Below, in pieces: positions 12,452 through 24,141 of a stretch of 64,000 nucleotides of DNA. Source of the DNA: Alphaproteobacteria bacterium (GTDB lineage: Bacteria; Pseudomonadota; Alphaproteobacteria; JAAXGF01). Where the stretch lies: assembly GCA_963555825.3 (NCBI GenBank), contig CAUVXB020000001.1, positions 896,001 through 960,000 of the forward strand. Direction: 5' to 3'. The notes below the pieces were generated by a model that worked only from the letters and a program-made list of their open reading frames with translations, searched no databases and had not been told where the DNA came from. Position numbers and translations under genes: made by a program. The stretch's first letter is position 1; each line of letters starts with the position of its first letter.

Positions 12452-12580
12452 GACAACACGCAACCGGCCGATCGGACTCGGTCGGAATCCGCCAGCCCGC
12501 GACCGCGGGCCGCCGACCGTTCGGCGGAAGCATGCGCGGCGATTGAGCGCAGGTCACCTCGCAGAGGTGACCGGAACAAA
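12452..12580 (+). repeat. MITE family A, copy 2 (degenerate, 0 internal units)
   Basis: Shares GCCAGCCCGCGAC.GCGGGCCGCCGACCGTTCGGC and GCATGCGCGGCGATTGAGCGCAGGT with copy 1. Confidence 0.7.
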
Positions 12581-12590
12581 AAGAGAGAGA

Positions 12591-13337
12591 ATGACGATGG
12601 CTGAACAGAAACTGGCGCTGATCACCGGCGCGGGCGGCGGCATGGGACAGGCGACGGTCGAGCGGCTGTCGCGCGACGGCCTTCGCGTCGCCGGCACCGA
12701 CATCAACGCGGACGGCCTCGACACGGCGATCGCCACGGCGGTAACCGAGGCCAAGGGGTTCGTCTGCGATTTGACCGACGAGGCCGCCGCGCATGCCATG
12801 GTGGCCGCGGTCGTCGACGAGATGGGGCCGGTCGACGTGCTGGTCAACCTGATCGGCTGGTCGGGCACGACCCGCTTCCACGAGGAGAATTCGGCGTATT
12901 GGCGCAAGATCATGTCGATCAACTTCGAAGCCATCCTCTACGTCACCCATCCGGTGCTCAACGGCATGATCGCGGGCAACGGCGGCAAGATCGTCAACGT
13001 CTCGTCGGATGCCGGGCGCGTCGGCACCTCGACCGAGGCGGTCTATTCGGCGATGAAGGGCGGGCTGGTCTCGTTCTCCAAGAGCCTGGCGCGCGAGAAC
13101 GCGCGCTACAACGTCAACGTCAACGCGGTCTGTCCGGGACCGACCGACACGCCGCTGTTGCAGGAAGAGATCGAGGCCAACCCCGACATCATCACCCGCA
13201 TGACGCGCCTCATTCCGTTCCGCCGCTTGGGCCAGCCGGCGGACATGGCGGCCGCGATCAGCTTCCTGGCCGGCCCCGATTCCGACTACATCACCGGCCA
13301 GGCACTCAGCGTCAGCGGCGGTTTGACGATGGTCTAG
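12591..13337 (+). CDS. SDR, 2-hydroxycyclohexanecarboxyl-CoA dehydrogenase (BadH-like)
   Basis: TGAGGGMG, SSDAGRVG, YSAMKGG, CPGPTDTPL; follows the BadI-like gene. Confidence 0.8.
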   Translation: MTMAEQKLALITGAGGGMGQATVERLSRDGLRVAGTDINADGLDTAIATAVTEAKGFVCDLTDEAAAHAMVAAVVDEMGPVDVLVNLIGWSGTTRFHEENSAYWRKIMSINFEAILYVTHPVLNGMIAGNGGKIVNVSSDAGRVGTSTEAVYSAMKGGLVSFSKSLARENARYNVNVNAVCPGPTDTPLLQEEIEANPDIITRMTRLIPFRRLGQPADMAAAISFLAGPDSDYITGQALSVSGGLTMV

Positions 13338-13352
13338 GAGGCACGCGGCGCG

Positions 13353-14698
13353 GTGGAACTGCGATACGTCGACGAACGCTACGAACGCGCCGAGAGGAGC
13401 GCGATTCGCGCGCTGCAGTTCGAGAAGCTGACGGCGCTGCTGGAGAAGGCCTGGGCGACGAACGCGTTCTATCGCGACCACTGGGCGCAGGCGGGTGTCG
13501 ACCTCGCGCGGATCACCTCGCTCGAGGCGTTCGCCGGCGAGGTGCCGGTGATCCGCAAGCGCGACCTGATCGCCGACCAGGACGCCGAGCCGCCGTTCGG
13601 CCGGCGTATGGCCTATGCGCGCGCCGCGGGCGGACCGCTGATGGTGTTCACGACCAGCGGCACCACGGGCCAGGGCATCGAGGTCCACGCTCAGACCATG
13701 GCCGAATGCGCGCGCACCCGCCAGGTCTCGGACCATCTGCTGCGCTGGGGCGGGCTCGATCCTGGGGATAGCATCTTCCTGTGCTTCCCGATCACCATGC
13801 TGGGCGGCGGGCGCATCGAATTGGTCGGCTAGAGCATTACGGCCTGACGGTCTATCCGGTCGGCAACTACGACGTCGAGCGCAAGCTCGAGCTGATGCGG
13901 CGCTTCAAGCCCCACGCCATCCAGGCGACGACGTCCTATCTCGCCCATCTCGCCGCGGTAAGCGAGGCGATGCCCCCCTCACCGGGCCTCAAGGCCCTGT
14001 TCGGCGGCGGCGAGGGCGGCGGCTTCGCCTATCTCGAGCGCCTGCAGGAGCAGTGGGGCGTGCCGCTCTTCAACCAGTTCGGCGCGACCCAGACGCGGGT
14101 CGACCACATGTTTCCCTGCGAGCGCGGCATCGGCACGCGCGACCACCCGGGCATGCTGCACAACATCGACCCCTGCTTCCTGGTCGAGGTGATCGATCCC
14201 GAGACCGGGCGACAGGTTAAGGACGGTGAGGCCGGCGAGATTGTCGTCACCAGCCTGATCCACGACGACATTCCGCTGATCCGCTGTGCCATGAGCGACC
14301 GCGCGGTCTACCGCGATCCCGGCTATTGCCCCTGCGGACGGCCGTTCTGCGGCGTCGAGGTCGGCACCATCAGCCGCATGGACGACATGAAGAAAATCAA
14401 GGGCGTCAACGTCTGGCCGCAGGCGGTCGACGATGCGTTGTTCGCGCATCCGGAAGTCGACGAATACGAGATATGGCTCTCGGACGACGCCGGCGAGGCC
14501 GACGTCGCGACCGCCCGGGTCATGCCCAAGGCCGACATCCCGGCCGACCGGCAAGCGGCGTTCATCGAGCGCATCGCTGACGGCCTGCGCGCGCGCATCG
14601 GCATACGCTTCGCCGTCGAGATCGTGCCGCCGGGGACCCTACGGCACAGCGAGTACAAGGCGCGCCGCTGGCACGACCAACGCGACCGCGTGCGCTAG
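13353..14698 (+). CDS. Phenylacetate-CoA ligase family protein, frameshift near 13829
   Basis: TTSGTTG P-loop in 13353-13832; GEIVVTSL, PLIR, CPCGR, KIKGVNVWP in 13781-14698. Confidence 0.85.
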
Positions 14699-14736
14699 CT
14701 ACGATCGACACCCTACTAGACGCGACACTCTACAAA

Positions 14737-14914
14737 ATGGTATCAGATACCATTATTCGGAGGTTTTATAACGCTAAATCAATAACATAAAAGGCGTCTG
14801 ACACCATTGTGTACATTGTTCCGAGTTAAAATGCTGTGCTAGAACGGTGTCAGACACCATTTCTTGATAATATTATTGTTCTGTATCAATAAACTAAATG
14901 GTGTCTGACACCGT
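14737..14914. repeat. Four 17-bp REP-like palindromes (consensus ATGGTGTCwGACACCAT) with AT-rich spacers
   Basis: Copies start at 14737, 14791, 14844 and 14898; located between convergent genes. Confidence 0.85.
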
Positions 14915-14949
14915 TGTAAACACCAATCCGGCGGCCCCGGGCGCCGCTT

Positions 14950-15714
14950 TCAGTCGCGGTAGGAGGGGTCCTCGCGGTCGAGCCGGCGGATCAGCGCCTG
15001 CCAGGCCAGCCGCTTGCCCGGCGCCTCGTCGCCGTCCGGGTCCCAGTTCAACGCGCCGACGAATTCGCGGATTTCCTCGGACGGCTCGATCAGCGGCGTG
15101 CCGGTCGCCATGGCGTCGAGCTGCGTCTTGCACGCGATATCGAGGTTGTACATGGCCAGGAACGCCTGGCCGATGGTCGCGCCGGCCGTCAGCAGGCCGT
15201 GGTTGCGCATGATCATGGCGTTGTGCGCGCCGAGGTTGGCGGCCAGCCTGGGGCATTCGTCGCGGCCCTCGGCGAAGCCCTCGTAATCGTGATAGGCGAT
15301 CCGGTTGTGGAACTCCATGGCGTGCTGGCTGACCGTCTTGAGGCCACATGCGAGCATCGAGATGGCGACGCCGGCGCGGGTGTGGCAGTGGATCACGCAG
15401 TTGACGTCGGGCCGCGCCGCGAGCACCGCGCCATGGATGATATGGCCCGCCCAGTTGACGTCCCACGGGCTGTCGCCGACGACGTTGCCGTGCGCGTCGA
15501 CCTCGATCAGGTTCGACGCCGTGATCTCGTCGAACAGCAGGCCGTAGGGGTTGATGAGGAAGTGGCCGTCGGTGCCCGGCAGCCGGGCCGAGACATGGGT
15601 GAAGATCAGGTCGGTCATGCCGTAGCGGTGCAGCAAGCGGTAGCACGCCGCGAGCTCCTGCCTGATCTCGCGCTCGTCGGTATCTTGCGGCACGATGCGG
15701 GCGGTGACTGTCAT
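14950..15714 (-). CDS. Class II aldolase/adducin family protein
   Basis: TDLIFTHVSAR, FLINPYGLLFDEITASNL, IHCHT, MRNHGLL. Confidence 0.92.
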   Translation of the reverse strand: MTVTARIVPQDTDEREIRQELAACYRLLHRYGMTDLIFTHVSARLPGTDGHFLINPYGLLFDEITASNLIEVDAHGNVVGDSPWDVNWAGHIIHGAVLAARPDVNCVIHCHTRAGVAISMLACGLKTVSQHAMEFHNRIAYHDYEGFAEGRDECPRLAANLGAHNAMIMRNHGLLTAGATIGQAFLAMYNLDIACKTQLDAMATGTPLIEPSEEIREFVGALNWDPDGDEAPGKRLAWQALIRRLDREDPSYRD

Positions 15715-15743
15715 CTCACGTCTCCTTGGTCGTTCGATCGCGC

Positions 15744-16886
15744 TCAGCCGAGGCCGTAGAGCCGCGCCGAATTGTCCCACAGGATCTTGCGCTTGCTCGC
15801 CTCCGAGAAGGGCAGCTCGAGAAAGGTCTCGACGGCGTGGGGATAGCGGCTGTCCTCGTGCGGGAAATCGGTCGAGAACACGATGTTGTCGTCGCCGATC
15901 TGCTCGACCACCCAGCCGCCCATGTGCTCGTCGGCCTCGACCGCGACGTAGCAGTGGTCCTTGAAATATTCGCTGGGCTTGCGGGGCAGCTTGTGCTTCA
16001 CGCGCTTCTCGCGGTGCTCGTAGTGTTCGTCGAGGCGCCACAGCCAATAGGGCACCCAGCTGCAGTTGGCCTCGAGGAAGGCGACGCGGAGGGTGGGGAA
16101 GCGTTCGAGCACGCCGCCCATGATCATGCACACGCTGGCGTACATCATCTCTACCGGGTGGCACATCGCGTGCTCGGTCAGCCACAGGTCCTCGTGGCGG
16201 CCGTCGAAGCGGTCGCCGCCGGCGACCGGCAGCTCGCAAGGCCAGCCCTCGTGGAACGCGACCACCAGGTCGTGCTTGACGCATTCGGCCCACAGCGGAT
16301 CGTAGGCCGGGTTGTGCCAGTTGCGGCCGCGCACCGGGTTGGGCCGCAAGTAGACCGCCTTGAAGCCGAGGTCCTCCTTCATGCGCCGGACCTCGTTGAT
16401 GGCGTATTCGATGTTCTGCGGCGCGACGATGCCGACGCCGATCATGCGCTCGGGATCGATCGACCGGAAGTCGGCCAGCCAGTCGTTGTAGGCGCGCGCG
16501 ATCGCGGCGGCCAGACGGTCGTCGTCGTACTCCTTGCCGATCGCGTAGAAACCACGCGTCGGAAACAGCACCGCGATATCGATGCCTTCGTCATCCATCG
16601 CCTCGATCTGGACGTCGGGCCCGAAGCCGCGTGCGTAGAACTCGGCGATGCGCTCGACCCGCTCGTTCTGTTCGGTCAGGTCCTCGGCCAACTCCGCCAT
16701 CATCGGGATGCTCCCACCGCGCGAGATCACCCTGCCCTCGTGCATCAGGTACATGTCTGAGACGAAGGCATCGCTGCCGATCGGCGCCTGATCGCGGAAC
16801 GCGGGATCGATATAGCGCGTCCACAGATCGCTCGGCTCGAAGACGTGAAGATCGGGATCGATGAACTTGTAGCCGTGGTTCGCCAT
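15744..16886 (-). CDS. Amidohydrolase family 2 protein
   Basis: IDPDLHVFEP, RAYNDWLADF, AFHEG, FSTDFPHED. Confidence 0.9.
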   Translation of the reverse strand: MANHGYKFIDPDLHVFEPSDLWTRYIDPAFRDQAPIGSDAFVSDMYLMHEGRVISRGGSIPMMAELAEDLTEQNERVERIAEFYARGFGPDVQIEAMDDEGIDIAVLFPTRGFYAIGKEYDDDRLAAAIARAYNDWLADFRSIDPERMIGVGIVAPQNIEYAINEVRRMKEDLGFKAVYLRPNPVRGRNWHNPAYDPLWAECVKHDLVVAFHEGWPCELPVAGGDRFDGRHEDLWLTEHAMCHPVEMMYASVCMIMGGVLERFPTLRVAFLEANCSWVPYWLWRLDEHYEHREKRVKHKLPRKPSEYFKDHCYVAVEADEHMGGWVVEQIGDDNIVFSTDFPHEDSRYPHAVETFLELPFSEASKRKILWDNSARLYGLG

Positions 16887-16914
16887 CTCCTGCTTCCCCC
16901 GGTGACCGCGGCGG

Positions 16915-17289
16915 TCAGCCGCGCGGCATGGCATGGTAGGTCTTGGCGATGATGCGCCAACGGCCATCGACCTTCATCAGCGAAAGGAAGTCGACGAAGT
17001 CGATGCCCGGTATGCTCAACTCGACCTTGGCCATCGCCTCGTTCGGGCCCGAGAAATCGACCGAAACGATGCGGTCGGTGCGCGTCGCGTTCTGGCTCGC
17101 CGCCGATGCGCGGCCGGTGACGCGGTCGACGAAGTGGTCGAGGTCCGAATCGCCGATCGCGCCCTCGACCACCGAATATACGTGGGCGTTGGGATGAAAG
17201 GCGCGACGCATCTTTTCCTCGCTCGATTCGTAGATGCCGTCGAAATAATCCTGCAGCGTTTCGGTGATTTCATCGAATGGCTGGTTCAT
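16915..17289 (-). CDS. NTF2-like (putative lumazine-binding) protein
   Basis: YFDGIY..AFHPNA..FVDFLSLMKVDGRWRIIAKTY. Confidence 0.85.
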   Translation of the reverse strand: MNQPFDEITETLQDYFDGIYESSEEKMRRAFHPNAHVYSVVEGAIGDSDLDHFVDRVTGRASAASQNATRTDRIVSVDFSGPNEAMAKVELSIPGIDFVDFLSLMKVDGRWRIIAKTYHAMPRG

Positions 17290-17496
17290 CGTTCCCTCCC
17301 GGTCTCGAAGTCGGCTCAGCCTAGGTGAAATAGCCGCGTCCGGCAAACCGACTTCACCACGGCGCGCCAATACCAAGGAGTCTGTCCGAGGAATCTGGCC
17401 GTGACGGATGTACTGGAATTGGCGCGCGCCCTGCGCTATCAAAGGCACCTGTACCGGCTGCCCATGGTTCGGCGGCCACGTTGTAGAGCCGGGGTT

Positions 17497-17664
17497 ATGG
17501 TAACTGGTAAACACATCGCAGGCGCCACATATGGCGTCATGGCGTTTGTCACGATGTTTCACTCGTTCGACAATGCCTATGGCAACGCCTTCGCCAAAGG
17601 CGTCGAAGCAACCTTTTTCGCGCTGATCTGGCCGTTCTACTGGGCGAAGGTCTATTTCTTCTAG
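17497..17664 (+). CDS. Small membrane protein (55 aa)
   Basis: Two hydrophobic segments ending FFALIWPFYW; start chosen at an internal ATG. Confidence 0.45.
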   Translation: MVTGKHIAGATYGVMAFVTMFHSFDNAYGNAFAKGVEATFFALIWPFYWAKVYFF

Positions 17665-17676
17665 GCGCGTGGCTGA

Positions 17677-17946
17677 CTAGTGGATAGAACCCAACATAGG
17701 GCGCCCATACGACGGCGTCCCAAGGTCGTCCGGAAAGGCGCCCGATGTGCGGTGATGCTGGAGCATCACAAGCATCGGGCAACGCGTCCGGCGGCCTTGG
17801 GACGCCGCCCTTCGGGTGCCATATCCCGGCTTCTCGGGGCGTCGAACACCCTTGCCGATGCAGAAGCATCGCCTGCGGGCACTCTCCTGCCGAGAAACCG
17901 GGATATGGGATCGTATGGGTACCCTATGTTGGATTCTGTCCACTAG
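17677..17946. mobile_element. 270-bp MITE (family B) with about 36-bp TIRs and CTAG ends
   Basis: CTAGTGGATAGAACCCAACATAGGGCGCCCATACGA and TCGTATGGGTACCCTATGTTGGATTCTGTCCACTAG. Confidence 0.82.
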
Positions 17947-18241
17947 CACCGATCGAACGCGCCTCCGAGGTCGCGGGCGCGGGTGATCATGGCGGCGCGG
18001 GTCGCGCGTCGTCGCTCGTCGTATCGTAGAACATCTCGAGCCGGGCATCGGCGATACCGCAGTAGTCGAGCACGCCGACGCAGAGCCGCGTCACGATCGC
18101 GCCGGTCGGCGAGGCGCAGCGTGGATGGCAGAAGACGACGAGAAATTTCATTGGGCACAATCTCAAAAGGTCACGTGACGGCGTCGACCTTGCCGTGCCG
18201 GCGCTCGAAATTCAAACGCCGAATTGACGCCGGTCGCCCGC

Positions 18242-18703
18242 TCAGCGGCCGTGCCGGGCTGCCTGGACGGCGGCATCGAGCGCGCCGAGGAAACGCGAGC
18301 GGTCCTTTTTGCCGAACGACGGGTTGCCGCCAACGACATCGCCGGTCTCGCGCAACTGCGCCATCAGTTCACGCGTCGCGAGCGCCGCGCCGATGCCATC
18401 ATCGGTGAACGGCCGGCCGGTCGGACCGATGGCGCGCGCGCCGGCGGCCAGGCAGCGCGCGGCGAGCGGAATGTCGGCGGTTATCGCGATGTCGCCCGGG
18501 CCGATGTGCGCGGCGATCCAGTCGTCGGCGGCGTCGGCGCCCTCGGCCACCACGACGCGGCGCACCAGCGGGTCGTCGGCCATGCGCAGCCATTCGTTGC
18601 TGACCATGTGAACAGTCAGGTTATAGCGCCGCGCGACGCGCACCACCTCGTCCTTTACCGGGCAGGCATCGCCGTCGACGTAGATCTCCGGGTCGCGCGT
18701 CAT
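18242..18703 (-). CDS. YaiI/YqxD (UPF0178) family protein
   Basis: IYVDGDACPVKDE, DAADDWI, ITADIPLA. Confidence 0.93.
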   Translation of the reverse strand: MTRDPEIYVDGDACPVKDEVVRVARRYNLTVHMVSNEWLRMADDPLVRRVVVAEGADAADDWIAAHIGPGDIAITADIPLAARCLAAGARAIGPTGRPFTDDGIGAALATRELMAQLRETGDVVGGNPSFGKKDRSRFLGALDAAVQAARHGR

Positions 18704-18875
18704 GCGCCCCTTTTCGCACGCCGCGGCACGAACGATCCAGCGTCAAAGTCGGGTGACGGTGAGCCATTCGCGGGACGCATGGCGCCATCGCGCGCGACCA
18801 CTGGACATTGGCGGCGGTTTGCGAAACTATCCGGCCCACTCGACCATCGACCGCCATCATGGAGAGCCTAGCGAT

Positions 18876-20063
18876 ATGTCCGTTCGAAACGGCCGCGAAT
18901 TTTTGAGCATTCCGGGCCCGACCACGGTGCCCGACGAAGTCCTCAACGCCATGCACCGCCCGGCGATCGAGATCTATTCCGGGCCGCTCGTCGACGTCAC
19001 CGAGCGCTGCCTCGATGGCCTGCGCCGCGTGCTGGGCACCGAGGGACGGACCTACATATACGCCGCCAACGGGCACGGCGCCTGGGAAGCGGCGCTGGCC
19101 AACGTGCTGAACCGCGGCGACAAGGTGCTGTTGCTCGAGAGCGGCACCTTCGCCAAGGGCTGGGGCGAGACCGCGGCGATGCTCGGTCTCAGCCAATGTT
19201 CGATCGCCGGCGACTGGCGCCGCGCCGTCGACCCGGCCGAGGTCGAGGAACGCCTGCGCGCGGATGCAGCGGGCGAGATCAAGGCGGTGCTGGTCGTGCA
19301 GGTCGACACCGCGTCGAGCGTCGTCAACGACATTCCCGCCGTCCGCAAGGCGATTGACGCGGCGGGCCACGGCGCGCTCCTGATGGTCGACACCATCGCC
19401 TCGCTCGGCACCATGCCGTTCGAGATGGACGCCTGGGGCGTCGACGTCGCCGTCGCCGGCTCGCAGAAGGGGTTGATGACACCGCCCGGCTTGAGTTTCG
19501 TCGGCGCCGGCAAGCGAGCCGTCGCCGCGCATCAGACCGCCGATCTGCGCACGCGCTACTGGGATTGGACCACCCGCGAGGGCGAGGAGCACTACCACAA
19601 ATATTGCGGCACGCCGCCCGAACATATGCTGTTCGCCTTCGACAAGGCCTTGGAGATGTTGTTCGACGAAGGCCTCGACGCGGTGTTCGAGCGTCACCGC
19701 CTGCTGGCCGGCGCGGTGCAGCGCGCCGCGGCCATCTGGAGCGAAGGCGGCGCGATGGAGATGAACATCGTCGATCCCGCGCAGCGCTCGAACTCGGTGA
19801 CCACGGTGCTGCTCAACGGCGAGCGAGCGCCGAAATCGGTCGTCGAGTACTGCGACCGGAAATGCGGCGTCGTCGTCGGCATGGGCATCGGCGCGCTGAC
19901 CGGCAAGGCGCTGCGCATCGCCCATATGGGCCATGTCAACGCGCCGATGACGCTCGGCACGCTGGGCGTGATGGAGATCGCCTTCCAGGCGCTCGACGTG
20001 CCGCACGGCAAGGGCGGCGTCCAGGCCGCCATCGACTGGCTCGCCGCCGAGGTCCCCGCCTGA
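18876..20063 (+). CDS. Class V aminotransferase (serine/alanine-glyoxylate type)
   Basis: IPGPT, NGHGAWEAAL, VDTIASL, GSQKGLMTPPGL, LRIAHMG. Confidence 0.92.
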   Translation: MSVRNGREFLSIPGPTTVPDEVLNAMHRPAIEIYSGPLVDVTERCLDGLRRVLGTEGRTYIYAANGHGAWEAALANVLNRGDKVLLLESGTFAKGWGETAAMLGLSQCSIAGDWRRAVDPAEVEERLRADAAGEIKAVLVVQVDTASSVVNDIPAVRKAIDAAGHGALLMVDTIASLGTMPFEMDAWGVDVAVAGSQKGLMTPPGLSFVGAGKRAVAAHQTADLRTRYWDWTTREGEEHYHKYCGTPPEHMLFAFDKALEMLFDEGLDAVFERHRLLAGAVQRAAAIWSEGGAMEMNIVDPAQRSNSVTTVLLNGERAPKSVVEYCDRKCGVVVGMGIGALTGKALRIAHMGHVNAPMTLGTLGVMEIAFQALDVPHGKGGVQAAIDWLAAEVPA

Positions 20064-20252
20064 TTGGTGTCCGGTCATTTTTGCGCCGCAAAGATGACCT
20101 GCGCTCAATCGCCGCGCAGGCCAATCTAATGGGATTAAGCCGTTCTCATGGGATCAAGGGTGGCCGAACGGTTGGCGGCCCGCCCTCTTGTTGGGATCAA
20201 GACTGGCGCGGGCTGATATGATCCGGCCGACTCTAATCGGCCGGTTCATTCT

Positions 20253-20256
<4 letters not shown>
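20060..20256 (-). repeat. MITE family A, copy 3 (2 internal units)
   Basis: Reverse complement starts CTAGAG at the rocD stop and carries the same core motifs. Confidence 0.75.
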
Positions 20257-21470
<1,214 letters not shown>

Positions 21471-21597
21471 CAGCGTCTCCCAGTGAAACGATTATGGTAT
21501 CAGTTTCAGCCGTGCCGACATGGTTTGTCGGTTCGGCGCGCGCCGCCCCCTATGGAAAGATACGGCGCCGCAGGCGGGCGCTTGATATGATGCGCGA

Positions 21598-21942
21598 ATG
21601 GCGGACGACATCGACATCGGGGCGGTCAAGGCGCGTCTGATCGCGCTGCGCGCCGATCTGCTCGACACTGGCGAGACGAGCGCCGAGAGCCGCCAGCCGG
21701 TCGAGCTCGACCAGTCGCGAGTCGGCCGCCTGTCGCGCATGGATGCGCTGCAGGGCCAGGCCATGGCGCTCGAAATCGCGCGCCGCCGCGCGAACGAGGT
21801 GCGGCGCATCGACGCCGCGCTGACGCGCATCGACGACGGCGAGTACGGCTCTTGCGTCACCTGCGGCGAGGACGTCGCCGCCAAACGCCTCGACCTCGAC
21901 CCGACCGCCGCCGTCTGCATCGACTGCGCCCGGGGCGACTAG
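21598..21942 (+). CDS. TraR/DksA C4 zinc-finger protein
   Basis: VELDQSRVGRLSRMDA, YGSCVTCGE..CIDC. Confidence 0.92.
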   Translation: MADDIDIGAVKARLIALRADLLDTGETSAESRQPVELDQSRVGRLSRMDALQGQAMALEIARRRANEVRRIDAALTRIDDGEYGSCVTCGEDVAAKRLDLDPTAAVCIDCARGD

Positions 21943-22223
21943 AGCACTATCCGATCGACTCAGTCGGAATCTACCGGCCCGCGCCAATCTATTTGGGACA
22001 AGAGGGGGGGCCACCGACCGTTCGGCCAGTCCTTGTGGGATAAAGAATGGCCTTGTGGGATAAAGAATGGCCTTGTGGGATAAAGAATGGCCTTGTGGGA
22101 TAAAGAATGGCCTTGTGGGATAAAGAATGGCCTTGTGGGATAAAGAATGGCCTTGTGGGATAAAGATTGGCATGCGCGGCGATTGAGCGCAGGGCACCGA
22201 AGGTGACCGTTCAAAGACTCTAA
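21939..22223 (+). repeat. MITE family A, copy 4, containing a 7x20-bp tandem array
   Basis: TAGAG...CTCTA ends; (CCTTGTGGGATAAAGAATGG)x7 at 22031-22170, last unit with one substitution. Confidence 0.88.
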
Positions 22224-22229
22224 CCCCCC

Positions 22230-23177
22230 TCACCCACCGCGCGTCGCGCGCCAGGCTTCGGCGCGACGCCGGCCTTCGGCGAGCTGCGCGGGCGTCATCA
22301 GGCCGGCCAAATGGTTCAGGCTGCGCGTGATCTCGGCCCGCACACCGTCCGCCGGCGCGGCCAAGGCGAGGCTCAACCACATATGCGCCTGGGCATAATC
22401 GCGAGCAACGCCGTCACCGCGCGCATACATCAGGCCGAGGTTGAACTGCGCGGCCGGGTAGCCCTGCTCGCTGGCGAACCACAGCCAGGTTTCGGCCTCG
22501 GCAAAATCGCGCGGCACACCGAGGCCCTGGAGGCGCATCATGCCGAGCTGGAATTGCGCCTGGGCGAGATTCTGCTCGGCGGCGCGCCGGTACCAACGCG
22601 CGGCTTCCGCAAGGCTCTGACCGACGAATTTACCGACCGCGTACATCGAGCCCAGATTGAACTGCGCGCCGGCATGGCCCTGCTTGGCCGCGCGGCGCAG
22701 CCATCGCTCGGCCTCGGCGCCGTCGCGCGGGGCGCCTTCGCCCTTCAAGTGCAGCACGCCGAGCCGATACTGCGCTTCGGCCAGGCCGTTTCCGGCGGCG
22801 CGCCGATACCAGGTCACGGCCTGGCTGTCGCTTTGCGGAACGCTCCGCCCCAGATGATGCATCACGCCGATCTGAAACTGGGCCTCGGGATGGCCGCCCT
22901 CGGCCGCGCGTTCGAACCAGCGAAGCGCCGCCGCGTCGTCCTGCGCAACACCCTGGCCGTGCAGGTAGAGGGCGCCCAGGTTGTACCGCGACTTGGCATC
23001 ACCGGACTCGGCCGCCGGCCGCCATTCAGCGAGCGCCGTCGCGTAATCGCCGTGTCGGAACGCCGCGAAGCCCTCCTCGAAGCCCGCCACCGCGGCTGGC
23101 GCGAGGAAGGCCGACACGATCAATACCAGCGCGGTCGTCGGCGCGGCACACATACCCTTGATCATCGCGTTCCCCAT
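22230..23177 (-). CDS. Secreted Sel1-repeat protein
   Basis: Signal peptide; about 6 repeats of AQFNLG.MY..G.GV..D..EA..WY..AA.QG. Confidence 0.9.
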   Translation of the reverse strand: MGNAMIKGMCAAPTTALVLIVSAFLAPAAVAGFEEGFAAFRHGDYATALAEWRPAAESGDAKSRYNLGALYLHGQGVAQDDAAALRWFERAAEGGHPEAQFQIGVMHHLGRSVPQSDSQAVTWYRRAAGNGLAEAQYRLGVLHLKGEGAPRDGAEAERWLRRAAKQGHAGAQFNLGSMYAVGKFVGQSLAEAARWYRRAAEQNLAQAQFQLGMMRLQGLGVPRDFAEAETWLWFASEQGYPAAQFNLGLMYARGDGVARDYAQAHMWLSLALAAPADGVRAEITRSLNHLAGLMTPAQLAEGRRRAEAWRATRGG

Positions 23178-23299
23178 CGTTTCCCCGCGCCGCACTCTAG
23201 CCCGGCCCCGCCATCGCGCAAGGCCCGTTGTTGGCCTTTCGATCTGACGGGTGCTAGCATCGCGCGACGCTGGATGGGTCAGAAAAAGATGGATAGCTG

Positions 23300-24132
23300 A
23301 TGGCCATGATCGAGAGGCTGGCGCGCGAAGTGACCGGCGTACAAATCGCCGATGCGTTGACGCGCGACGGCTGCGCGATCGTCGAGGGCATGGTCGACGC
23401 CACGGCCATGGACGCCTTGATGCGCGACACCCAGATGGACTTCGACACGCGCAACCTGGGGATCGACGATTTCTCCGGCTACAAGATGGGTCCAAGCGGG
23501 TGTCGGGCCTGATGGCCAAGTCGGCGGCCGCGCGCGAGTTCGCACTCCTGCCGGCCATCCTCGAGGCCGCCGATATCGTGCTGCTGCCCAAATGCCACGA
23601 CTACCGGATGCACGTCACGCATATGGTGCAGATCGGCCCCGGCGAGATCGCCCAGGTGCTGCATCGCGACGACGAGATCTACCCGATGCCGCTGCCCAAA
23701 CCCGAGTGCGAGCTGCACTGCATGTGGGCGGCGAGCGATTTCACGGTCGAAAACGGCGCGACCCAAATCGTGCCCGGCAGCCACAGTTGGCCGCGCGATC
23801 GCGAACCGGAGCCGGACGAGATCGCCCAGGCGGTGATGGCCGAGGGCTCGGTCGCCTTCTACCTGGGCAGCACGCTCCACGGCGGCGGCGCCAACCGCAG
23901 CGACGCGCCGCGCACCGGCGCGCTGATCGGCTACAATCTCGGCTGGCTGCGCCAGGAGGAGAACCAGTACCTGACGGCGCCGCCCGCCATCGCACGCGAC
24001 TTCCCCGACCGCCTACAGGAACTGATCGGCTACCGCGCGACCAACCGCGGCCATCTCGGCTGGATCGACGCCGGTGACCCGCAATTGCTGCTGAAGGACG
24101 AGTCCGAGCGCGGCAGATACATCGTCTGGTAG
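23300..24132 (+). CDS. Phytanoyl-CoA dioxygenase (PhyH) family protein, frameshift near 23489
   Basis: QVLHRDD, DFTVENGATQIVPGSH, HGGGAN, GWLRQEENQYL; N-terminus in another frame. Confidence 0.85.
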
Positions 24133-24141
24133 GCCGGCTGT

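Noticed and set aside
14737-14914. Bona fide CRISPR array
   Set aside because: Repeats are only 17 bp, alternate in orientation and vary in sequence, and no cas genes are present; kept as a REP-like array
22031-22170. CRISPR array
   Set aside because: Head-to-tail 20-bp units with no spacers; it is an expanded internal unit of a MITE
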